Below, in pieces: positions 29,445-38,006 of a stretch of 64,000 nt of DNA. The position numbers and the translations under genes were made by a program. Positions within the stretch are counted from its first letter, which is position 1, and every line of letters starts with the position of its first letter. The notes beneath the pieces are model-generated. The model had not been told where the DNA came from. It did no database searches and saw nothing but the letters and a program-made list of their open reading frames with translations. Origin of the DNA: Candidatus Bathyarchaeia archaeon (GTDB lineage: Archaea; Thermoproteota; Bathyarchaeia; Bathyarchaeales; Bathycorpusculaceae); contig JAVZLQ010000003.1 in assembly GCA_038883655.1 (NCBI GenBank), forward strand, positions 227,735-291,734. Reading direction: 5' to 3'.

Positions 29445-31006
29445 CTGAAAGATAGGACATTAACTTCAAGCGTTTGAAGGTTGACTACGGGAGCTTTTCC
29501 AGGGGTTGGAATTACCCCCATTCTGCGCATGTAATCTGTTTGCTCTTGCCAACCCCCAGAATTTACGACAAGCACCCCGCGATAATTAGTGTAGCCTAAA
29601 ATGTGGACATGTCCAGCGTGAAAGATGTCTGGCACGTGCTCTATAACAAGAAAGTCTCTATTTTCTGGCGCTAAGGGAGTTTTTGCGCCGTACATAGGTG
29701 CAAGATGGCGGGATTGTAGGAGTAGCGTCATTGCCTTTTCTGGATGGTTTATGTCAGCTCCTGGAACAGTTGATGTTACATCATCCAAACTTCGCCCATG
29801 ATACAGAAGTAGTTCTACGTTGTGAAGACTGATGCGACACGGGTTTCCAAGCGAGTGCACTTTTCTTGATGCTTGTAGTGTTTTTAGGAAAGCGTTAGAG
29901 ATTGCTGGTTGGGGTAATGCCTTTCTCGGGGCGTCATGATTTCCAGGTATTATTATCACTTCTATATAGTCTGGTATTTGTTCGATAAACTGAGCAGCCC
30001 TTTCATATTGCTCATAAATGTTTCTGATTGTTAATTCTTTCAGCTGGTTTGGATAAACGCCTATCCCGTCGACAATATCGCCCGCTATTATCACATATTT
30101 AACGTGACTTGCAATATCCCGTAACTTTTCGTCTCCATACTTCCCATTAAGCCACAGTATAAAACGGTTAAAGGCTTCTCGTTGAAACTTTGCACTTCCA
30201 ACATGCATGTCGGATGTAAGCACAGCATAAACTGGCAGAGGTGCCTTGCCTGGAACCTTTGAGGCCACGTCTGGCAGGATTATGTCCTCTACTATTAGCA
30301 GGTTGCTCCTCGTTTTTGTCACATCCAAACAGACAACTTGATCAGGTAAAATTGAGCGCGCCTTTTCTAAGACTTCCTTTTTGGCGTTTTGTGGGATTAG
30401 AACAGTTGCGGAAGCCTTTAGATCCTCAACGGTTAAAAGCATCTTTTGTTGCAGTTCCCTTTTTTCGGTTATCATGCAAATTACTTTGAGTCTCATATTT
30501 GTAGGAGCCTTTAAAGCATCAACGATTGATGATGCGCCCCTAACGTCTATTCTCTGCCTCAAAAGTTTCTCCATGCGCCTGAATCTGTCCCTAAAATACT
30601 CCAGGTAATCTTCCAAAGTCCCACTTGAACTTAGCTTTTTTGTCGGATCTTCGAGAATCTTAATGGCAGGTTCAAACTCTTTCGCGAAAGGGCGATACGG
30701 CCTTTTTGCTTCTGTGAGACGTGGCTCCTTTAAAGCTTCCACATGTTTTTCGGTTGATAATGATGCTGGTGAGAGACTTTCTTTTGCGAGGTTTTCTTCC
30801 TTTAACAGGTTTTCAAGAAAGCTTTTCTCGATAAATAATGGCTTTTCTTTTAATGCATTCGCCTTTTTCAGCGCCTTACTGATTATTTCTGTTGGGTCTT
30901 CCGTTGAAGTTATTGACTTTAGAAATTCGAATGCGTCTTTATCTAGTTGGTATCCTGCGGCGATTGTTAGCGCCACAGCCTTCTGCAGTTTTTCTGTTTC
31001 GCTCAT
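29441..31006 (-). CDS. polB: DNA polymerase D small (exonuclease) subunit DP1
   Basis: SDMHVGS, GDIVDG, PGNHD and HAGHVH phosphoesterase motifs. Confidence 0.97.
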   Translation of the reverse strand: MSETEKLQKAVALTIAAGYQLDKDAFEFLKSITSTEDPTEIISKALKKANALKEKPLFIEKSFLENLLKEENLAKESLSPASLSTEKHVEALKEPRLTEAKRPYRPFAKEFEPAIKILEDPTKKLSSSGTLEDYLEYFRDRFRRMEKLLRQRIDVRGASSIVDALKAPTNMRLKVICMITEKRELQQKMLLTVEDLKASATVLIPQNAKKEVLEKARSILPDQVVCLDVTKTRSNLLIVEDIILPDVASKVPGKAPLPVYAVLTSDMHVGSAKFQREAFNRFILWLNGKYGDEKLRDIASHVKYVIIAGDIVDGIGVYPNQLKELTIRNIYEQYERAAQFIEQIPDYIEVIIIPGNHDAPRKALPQPAISNAFLKTLQASRKVHSLGNPCRISLHNVELLLYHGRSLDDVTSTVPGADINHPEKAMTLLLQSRHLAPMYGAKTPLAPENRDFLVIEHVPDIFHAGHVHILGYTNYRGVLVVNSGGWQEQTDYMRRMGVIPTPGKAPVVNLQTLEVNVLSFS

Positions 31007-31599
31007 AGCTTGAGTTTTCTCCAATCTTGCCTTTTTGGAACGCTTATAAAACCTTCTTCTTCATTCCCAACTTCTTCTGTTTTACCCTTAATATGAAGAT
31101 ACGCCGTTAAGGCCGCCATTACGGCGTCTATTTCGTGAGGCGTTAAGGCGCGCACTTGGATATCTCCCCTTAAGCCTATGCTTTTTAGTATGGCTTGAAT
31201 TTTTCCCCATTCCTTCGAAGGCATGCCCAAAGCTTTTCTTGTTGATGTTGGATGCACTTCAAGCGTTTTAAATCCTTCCTTCCTTATTAACTCATTTAAC
31301 CTGATGGCTCGTAAGGTTAAAGTTTTCATAGCTGGTAAGATTGGCGGAAAAACGCGGAACCCCCTCTTTATCATTTCTTTGTCAGCTTTTCGCAGAATCC
31401 CAACTTTTGGAAGCTTGAGCGGCGCATCTACTGCCACAATTGTAGGTTTAAAGTCTTTTACGCAAGCCAGAATCTCGTCATCCGAATGGACAAGGCGCAC
31501 TTTCACATTTTTCTCTTTCCAAAAGGCAATTCCAGTCGGGTTTTCGGGCTTTCCAGCTAAGTCTATACCGATTAGATTTTCTTTAGTCAATTTTAACAC
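31003..31599 (-). CDS. DUF429 RNase H-fold putative nuclease
   Basis: GIDLA, VDAPL, EVHP and HEIDA motifs. Confidence 0.88.
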   Translation of the reverse strand: MLKLTKENLIGIDLAGKPENPTGIAFWKEKNVKVRLVHSDDEILACVKDFKPTIVAVDAPLKLPKVGILRKADKEMIKRGFRVFPPILPAMKTLTLRAIRLNELIRKEGFKTLEVHPTSTRKALGMPSKEWGKIQAILKSIGLRGDIQVRALTPHEIDAVMAALTAYLHIKGKTEEVGNEEEGFISVPKRQDWRKLKL

Positions 31600-31674
31600 T
31601 TATGCCTAAATTTATATAGCAGGTTTTTGTTTAAATTCACCGATATTAAGCTACATGCGTTAAAGGTGATTTAG

Positions 31675-32655
31675 ATGAGCGAACTTCGCAAGGTTCAGCG
31701 AACACCAAGTGGCACATTCTTTGTGTGCCTCCCGAAGTCTTGGGCTGAGCGCTACAGCCTTCAACGCGGTGGAGTGGTGGCTCTCTCTGAAACTAGCGAT
31801 GGTAAGCTTCTTATAGACCCTCAATATGGAGCTGAAGTCCCTCCGCGCACAATTACCCTTAAACCTGGACCCTATTTAAGTCGTGAGGTTATAGGCGCGT
31901 ATCTGCTTGGCTACGACATTATTCGGGTTGAGTCAAAAGAGCGCATAAGCTTTGAAATGCGCGAGGTTATCAAGAAAACTGCAACGCGCTTAGTTGGATT
32001 GGAGATAATAGAGGAAGATCATTCAAAAATTGTTTTGCAGTGTCTCTTGGAACCATCGAGTTTTCCGCCTGAAAAGATTCTACGAAGGGGTTACACGATT
32101 GTTGCTAGCATGCATAGGGATGTTATTAACGCTTTTGTAGACGGAGATGTACAAGCTGCAAAGGGTGTTGTGGCGCGTGATGACGAAAGTAACCGCTTAT
32201 ACTTCCTTCTTGTTCGCATACTCCGAACTATAATACAAAATCCAGGATTAAGCGATAAATTGGGTGTAAGTCCGATAGACTGTTTGGATTATAGGTTAGC
32301 CGCAAGCCTTGTTGAAGCCATAGGCGACGAATGTGTTCGTGTTGCACTTAAAGTAATCGAGTTAAAAGGAACGAAAGTAACTGAGGAATTGCAGAAGTTA
32401 TTTGTTGACTTTCACGCAGTTTGTTTTGAGTCGCATGAAAATGCGCTAAAAGCGTTTTTCGGGAATGACATTGCAATTGCGGAGAATGTTCGCGAAACGC
32501 GTGGTAAAGTTGATAAGGTGTTTGCAGAAATTGAGCGCGTGGCACGTGCCCAGTCAATCGAGGTTGTTCCACAAATATTGGCTATAGCCTCGTTCCTCAG
32601 ACAAATCTACGAACATAGCGTGGACATAGCTGACTTGGTTATGCCAAAGAAATAA
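31675..32655 (+). CDS. AbrB-PhoU phosphate uptake regulator family protein
   Basis: RKVQ..FVCLPKSW AbrB domain followed by PhoU helices. Confidence 0.9.
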   Translation: MSELRKVQRTPSGTFFVCLPKSWAERYSLQRGGVVALSETSDGKLLIDPQYGAEVPPRTITLKPGPYLSREVIGAYLLGYDIIRVESKERISFEMREVIKKTATRLVGLEIIEEDHSKIVLQCLLEPSSFPPEKILRRGYTIVASMHRDVINAFVDGDVQAAKGVVARDDESNRLYFLLVRILRTIIQNPGLSDKLGVSPIDCLDYRLAASLVEAIGDECVRVALKVIELKGTKVTEELQKLFVDFHAVCFESHENALKAFFGNDIAIAENVRETRGKVDKVFAEIERVARAQSIEVVPQILAIASFLRQIYEHSVDIADLVMPKK

Positions 32656-32716
32656 CGTTTTATTGTAACGGCACTATAACTTCTAAGGGCATACCGCCTA
32701 CCATTTGGTGAACAAC

Positions 32717-33523
32717 ATGCATAGGTTTTCATCAAGCCAGAGGCAATATCACATTCAATGCAAGAAGGGAGACTTGGCTGAATACCTACTTATTCCAGGA
32801 GACCCAGACCGCGTCGCTAAAATTGCCAGTTTTTGGGATAATGCAAAAGAAGTTTCGTGTCACCGCGAATTTAGAAGTTTCATTGGCAAATACAAGGGAG
32901 TTCCAATCTCTGCCTTGTCGAGTGGTATTGGACCCGCATGCATGGCAATTGTTGTTAATGAGGCGTCTCAGGTTGGCGTTCGCACCTTTATTCGTGTTGG
33001 TAGTTCTGGCGCCATACAAGAGAACGTGAGATGCGGCGACGTAGTCATTTCTTCCGCAGCTGTACGCCTTGACTATACTAGTAACTGTTATGTTATGCCC
33101 GAATATCCCGCAGCCGCCAACTACGAGGTTCTTTTAGCTCTAATCGAAGCGGCGGAAAACCTTGGAGTGGACAATTATCATGTTGGTTTGACTGCGACAA
33201 CAGCGGACTTTTATGCTGGACAAAATCGTCCAGCACCACGATGCTCAGTTGCTGCTGAAAACCTCATCCCAACATTACAAAGAGCCAAAGTCCTAAACTT
33301 TGAAATGGAAACAGCAACGCTGTACACCTTAGCAAGCCTATTTGGGCTAAGAGCGGGCGCCATATGCGCAATATACGCTAATAGGTGCACAAATGAATTC
33401 AAACATGGAGCGGGCGAAGAAACAGCAATAAAAGTGGCAAATGAGGCAGTAAAAATATTGCATGAGTGGGACGTAAAAAAACGTAAGCGAAAAAAGAAAT
33501 GGCTTTATCCATCGCTTATCTAA
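32717..33523 (+). CDS. udp: Uridine/nucleoside phosphorylase
   Basis: PGDPDR, HREF, RVGSSG and NFEME motifs. Confidence 0.9.
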   Translation: MHRFSSSQRQYHIQCKKGDLAEYLLIPGDPDRVAKIASFWDNAKEVSCHREFRSFIGKYKGVPISALSSGIGPACMAIVVNEASQVGVRTFIRVGSSGAIQENVRCGDVVISSAAVRLDYTSNCYVMPEYPAAANYEVLLALIEAAENLGVDNYHVGLTATTADFYAGQNRPAPRCSVAAENLIPTLQRAKVLNFEMETATLYTLASLFGLRAGAICAIYANRCTNEFKHGAGEETAIKVANEAVKILHEWDVKKRKRKKKWLYPSLI

Positions 33524-33564
33524 AACTAAAAACCATTTAGCGGCAAAGCGCTTATTCTCTAGCA

Positions 33565-33687
33565 GCCGGGGTGGCGGAGTGGTTATCGCGCTGGCCTCGA
33601 GATCGCAAAGCAACCAGAAGGGCTGGAAAAAGGCAAGTGAGCCAGTGGGCCTTCGGGCTCGCAGGGGTTCGAATCCCCTCCCCGGCG
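33565..33687 (+). tRNA. tRNA-Ser(CGA) with 38-nt canonical intron (33602-33639)
   Basis: Acceptor GCCGGGG/CCCCGGC-G, anticodon stem CTGGC/GCCAG, CGA at 33598-33600, long variable arm, GGTTCGAATCC, bulge-helix-bulge. Confidence 0.95.
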
Positions 33688-33772
33688 CTTATGACAAACC
33701 ATTAATCTATTTTAACAGAAGGTTTTTGGAAGGGATGCTCTTGATATTTTGAGAGAGATGAGGTGAAGGAAC

Positions 33773-33886
33773 ATGAGTAGAGAACAAGATTCCCGTAGAA
33801 AAGCCAAAGAGAGTGCTCGTCGTGACAAAGCAAGGGGGCATCAAACTAGGAGAGCTCGTGGTGGAAAGAAGCAGAAGAGAAGGTAA
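33773..33886 (+). CDS. 37-aa very basic small protein
   Basis: MSREQDSRRKAKESARRDKARGHQTRRARGGKKQKRR with GAGGTGA SD upstream. Confidence 0.6.
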   Translation: MSREQDSRRKAKESARRDKARGHQTRRARGGKKQKRR

Positions 33887-33951
33887 ATATGCTTCTTGAA
33901 AACATTTACCAGAAATTAATGGCGCGCGGGTCTTCTAATTTGAAAAACTAG

Positions 33952-34569
33952 TTGGCGTTGCCATTAGTCGATTTTGGTGTAGGATATTTCGTTTCAATAG
34001 ATGGAACAGAAAGTATCCACGGCGCAATCAGAGGTATGAAAATATACGGTAAGGTGAAACAAAACGTTCTTGACCATCCAGAAGTGGATGTGGGCATTAA
34101 CATGATGATAAACAGTTTAAACTATGGATGCGTCGAAGATGTTGTCGATGAATGGTACAGTTTCGCCAGAGCTTTCACATTTCAATTTCATACACCTTTC
34201 TCTTACAATGATCAATTATGGTTGCCTTATGGAAAACTCAGAAACATTGATAAGTTATTAAAAATAAAAGAAAAATATCCGGATTTTATTGCTAACACAT
34301 CGAAACAACTACTATTTGGAGATGGGAAGTGGACTGCAAATTGTCCAAACTGGTTTTTTGTAAATTTGGACAGCAGCGGCAAAACAAAAAAATCTTATGT
34401 TATATCTAACACAGACGAGAATGGAATCAAACCCATATGCGAAAGATGTGGAATAGCGTGCAACGCCGGAGCATATGCAGGATTGTTTTTATCTGATACG
34501 GAATGGCTTAGAATGTTTAAAGTTGCAAAAAGAGTTCGTAAGCTGTTGTTAAGCATACGATATTCTTAA
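33952..34569 (+). pseudogene. N-terminally truncated radical-SAM-like remnant
   Basis: VSIDGTESIH..IRG and a Cys-containing C-terminus are present; the CxxxCxxC motif is absent. Confidence 0.65.
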
Positions 34570-34623
34570 ATCGTTCTTGTGTTTTCGCCTATTATTAGTT
34601 GAGGTTTAGAAGGCGCATGGAAC

Positions 34624-36288
34624 TTGCGAAAATACTTAGTAGGCTTCTTTGGCGGGTTGTTAGTTCTCTGCGTTATGGCTTGGCTAATTGTAACTTTCGT
34701 GGGTTATCCGGAGATAAGAAATCTTCCACTTTATACTTTTAGCACGGTTTCAAGAATCATAATTACTCTTTTAATTTCTGTTGTTTGGGGAGTTTCATTC
34801 GGCTTATTAGCTGCCACAAACAAGTATGCTTCGTTTATTCTTACACCTTTCATAGACCTTTTGCAGTCGATTCCTATACTTGGATATTTCCCAGTGGTGA
34901 TTGGCTTTTTATTTGCTTTAGGCCCTCTAGGAATCGAACTTTCAGTAATTGTTTTGCTTTTTACATCTATGGCTTGGAGCATATTCTTCGGAGTGTTAGG
35001 AGCCATAAAAGGTATTCCAACAAACGTTGTAGAGTCAGCTCGAAGCTTCGGTTTAGTGGGATGGAAATATGTTAGACATGTGATTCTGCCTGCCATTACT
35101 CCTGCTGTGATTTCTGGAGCAAACCTCGCATGGTGTGACGGCTGGTTCTTTATGATAGCAGCGGAATATATCCAATACAAGGGAGGGGCGGTGACGCCGC
35201 CTTCAGGCGGTTTGGGTTCTCTCTTGGCAAAGGCAGCCTACGAGTGGCAGGACATGAACGTTGCAATAATCCTTCTCCTATTCATAACTTTCATTGTTGT
35301 TTACTTTAACACTTTGACATGGCACCGGCTGGTGGAAAAGGCTAGCACAGGCACGTTTAAGCCTGTCTTTTCAGTAGACTTGTCTGGGGTTGGAAAAATT
35401 GAGGTTGCCCGAGCCAGAAGGCTGTTGCATTTTGGAAGGTTTCATTGGCCGAAAGCTTTCTCTGTAGCTTCTCAACGCTTGCGAAAATATGCACGCATCG
35501 AAAAGATTATTGCGGTTGTCCTCGCTTTTTCAGCTGTATTCTTCGTCTTGTATGTAATGCTTGGTCAATTTCCAACGTTGGGGATAATTCGTGGAGGATT
35601 CAGTGAACCACCAGCAGAACAACTAGTCTATCTCCCGCTTTTAATTGCCTTTACCATGGGAAGACTTGCAATAGCTTATGGGGTTTCTCTCGTTGTGGCT
35701 ATTGGCATGGGGGTTCTTGCTGCGGAGCACAAGAAAGTTGCGGCTATTTTCTATCCCCTTTACGATATTGGGCAGGGAGTGCCGATATTGGCGTTGTTTC
35801 CTGTGCTTTTTCTTGGGTTAAACCAGCTTATTGGGATTCCCAGAGTTGCCCTCGAACTTACATGCATAATAATGCTTGTTCTGGATATGATTTGGTACAT
35901 GTTCCTAAACATTGTAAGCGCCGTGAAAAACATTCCAACAGAGATAAGGGAGGTTGGTCAACTGTTCGGATTTAAGGGCTTGAAGAGAATAACGCATATA
36001 GTTATTCCGTCCATCCTGCCCTCAATAGTTACTGGAAGCATACTTTCATGGGGAACAGGCTGGAACACTATCATATTTGCAGAATATATGCCTTCAACAC
36101 AGCCATCGATTCCACCGCTTTCTGTCCCAGGTTTGGGCTCGCTGTTGGATAAGGCTGGATACGAGTATGGAAACACCGTGTTGCTCATTTTCATCCTCGG
36201 CATAGTGGCGGCGATTGTGCTCTCTATGGAGGCGTTTGTTTGGAGACGACTGCTTAGAAAATTTGAAAAATACCATGTGGAGGTATAA
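34624..36288 (+). CDS. NitT/TauT-family ABC permease (two fused permease domains)
   Basis: Two EAA-like loops (ESARSFG, EVGQLFG); QSIPIL and QGVPIL repeats. Confidence 0.92.
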   Translation: MRKYLVGFFGGLLVLCVMAWLIVTFVGYPEIRNLPLYTFSTVSRIIITLLISVVWGVSFGLLAATNKYASFILTPFIDLLQSIPILGYFPVVIGFLFALGPLGIELSVIVLLFTSMAWSIFFGVLGAIKGIPTNVVESARSFGLVGWKYVRHVILPAITPAVISGANLAWCDGWFFMIAAEYIQYKGGAVTPPSGGLGSLLAKAAYEWQDMNVAIILLLFITFIVVYFNTLTWHRLVEKASTGTFKPVFSVDLSGVGKIEVARARRLLHFGRFHWPKAFSVASQRLRKYARIEKIIAVVLAFSAVFFVLYVMLGQFPTLGIIRGGFSEPPAEQLVYLPLLIAFTMGRLAIAYGVSLVVAIGMGVLAAEHKKVAAIFYPLYDIGQGVPILALFPVLFLGLNQLIGIPRVALELTCIIMLVLDMIWYMFLNIVSAVKNIPTEIREVGQLFGFKGLKRITHIVIPSILPSIVTGSILSWGTGWNTIIFAEYMPSTQPSIPPLSVPGLGSLLDKAGYEYGNTVLLIFILGIVAAIVLSMEAFVWRRLLRKFEKYHVEV

Positions 36289-36290
36289 CC

Positions 36291-37097
36291 TTGTCAGTTA
36301 TTGAAGTAGAAAACGTAACCAAAACGTTCACAACGGATAAATCAAGAATACTTGTTTTGGAAAACGTTAGCTTCTCCATTGGAAACGACGAATTCGCCTG
36401 CATAGTGGGACCTTCAGGATGCGGAAAATCCACGTTGCTTAGAATAATTGCCGGCTTAGAGAAAGCTGACTCGGGCAGGGTGCTGTTCCGCGGGCAACCC
36501 ATAACAAAGCCAACTCCGAAAATTGCCATGGTCTTCCAGCTTTTCGGATTATTACCTTGGAAAACAGCATTGGAAAATGTTGAATTGCCATTAGAAGTGC
36601 TCGGCTTAGAAAAAGAAGAGCGTCGGAAAATAGCCCGAGAATACTTGAGGATGGTTGGGCTTGAAGGCTTCGAAAACACTTATCCCCATGACCTTTCAGG
36701 CGGAATGAAACAGCGCGTCGGAATAGCAAGGGCGCTAGCCCTAAAACCCGAGGTCCTCTTAATGGATGAACCCTTCTCTTCCCTGGATGAACTCACAGCC
36801 AAAACCCTCCGCAAACTTGTTCTCGACATATGGCGAGACCCAACCTTGCCGACAAACACATTCATAATGGTAAGCCACAACGTCGAAGAAGCAGTTTTTA
36901 TGGCGGACAGAGTCATAGTCATGTCGCCTAGACCTGGAAGAGTCATCGGAGAAGTGAAAATAGACATACCAAGGCCACGAGAAAAACACATGAGAGACCT
37001 CACATACTTCAACCTCGTAGATAAAGTCGTAGAAGCTCTCGAGAAAAGCAAAGCAGCAACACAAACCGAAAGCCCATCGTTAATAGACAAGACTTAG
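36291..37097 (+). CDS. NitT/TauT-family ABC ATPase
   Basis: GPSGCGKST, LSGGMKQ and MDEPF motifs. Confidence 0.95.
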   Translation: MSVIEVENVTKTFTTDKSRILVLENVSFSIGNDEFACIVGPSGCGKSTLLRIIAGLEKADSGRVLFRGQPITKPTPKIAMVFQLFGLLPWKTALENVELPLEVLGLEKEERRKIAREYLRMVGLEGFENTYPHDLSGGMKQRVGIARALALKPEVLLMDEPFSSLDELTAKTLRKLVLDIWRDPTLPTNTFIMVSHNVEEAVFMADRVIVMSPRPGRVIGEVKIDIPRPREKHMRDLTYFNLVDKVVEALEKSKAATQTESPSLIDKT

Positions 37098-37545
37098 AAA
37101 GCCCTAATCTTAAGACCCAATGAGTTTTGCACAATGTAAAGTGAGAGAAACAATAGCCCGCTCAAAAGCACAGTGGGCGCTCTCTTCGCTTAGTCATCGA
37201 TTATAGAAAGTAAAAATATAAAGCACGCTAAAATAATTAATGGGATAAAAATAAGAAAAGAAAGGCGGTTTATGGTATCAAATAAAAATAGGGGGATAAA
37301 GAAGGATGTGGAAGATATTTGGCAATGGGCATGGTAATCATGGTGCTACTTGTATCTTTAGCGCGTAAATGCTTAAACAGATATGTTTATAAGTTAGTAA
37401 TCGCATAATATTGTGCGGATAAGCAAATTAAGGTGAAAAAGATGATAACAAAAATGAAGGAAATACTTGGTATCTGGCAATTTGCTTATTGGAAGAACAT
37501 CTAGCACGTGCGAATCGTGCAGAAAAATTAAGTTTGGTGATTGAA

Positions 37546-37683
37546 ATGGGCCGGATATGCGTGGATATTCCAGATGAACTGGAAAAGAAGCTCCGATTAA
37601 AGGCCATTGAGAGATTCGGCGGGAAAAAGGGCGACCTATCTAGAGCTGTCGAAGAAGCCGTAAAAGCATGGGTCGCCGAATAA
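37546..37683 (+). CDS. Ribbon-helix-helix (CopG-like) protein
   Basis: MGRICVDIPDELEKKLR..DLSRAVEEAVKAWV. Confidence 0.85.
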   Translation: MGRICVDIPDELEKKLRLKAIERFGGKKGDLSRAVEEAVKAWVAE

Positions 37684-37707
37684 ATATATGAAGAGTGAAG
37701 ATGGTTG

Positions 37708-37830
37708 GTGGGTTCTAGGAGGCGTCGTGAGGCCAAGGTTGCGAAGCAGCAAAAAAGGAAGTTTAGAAGAACTTTTACGCGGAAGGCGCATCAAGCTCTC
37801 GGTGAGTTGGAATTTAACCTCAGAACTTGC
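37708..37830 (+). ncRNA. Candidate structured RNA A
   Basis: TATA-like box at 37682-37689; closing helix 37708-37722/37818-37830 encloses four short hairpins. Confidence 0.4.
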
Positions 37831-38006
37831 GTCGGCACTCTATGGAAGGAGGAGGATTCGCCGAGAATTTAAACCGAGATGTAAACCTATTCCTCGGCGC
37901 CATTCACATTGTTGTGTGGCGGTAAGTGGGCTTTTAGAAAAAGTTGCTTTTTGGAGGTTTTTCTTTTCAATAGTGATAGACCCCCTCTAGGTTTTTGCTG
38001 GTAAAT

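Noticed and set aside
37143-37185. Hairpin GAGAG..GCCCGCT/AGTGGGC..CTCTC as an H/ACA RNA
   Set aside because: The pocket is very asymmetric, there is no clear K-turn, and the strand with a downstream ACA has a mismatch in the stem; it may be a 3' UTR structure.
37890-37902. TCCTCGGCGC as an att duplication of the tRNA-Ser 3' end
   Set aside because: Only about 9 of 10 nt match, with no T-arm similarity; it is explained by a local hairpin.
37688-37990. 100-aa ORF after the RHH gene as a toxin
   Set aside because: No PIN, RelE or HEPN motif, and the composition looks non-coding; a structured RNA reading fits better.
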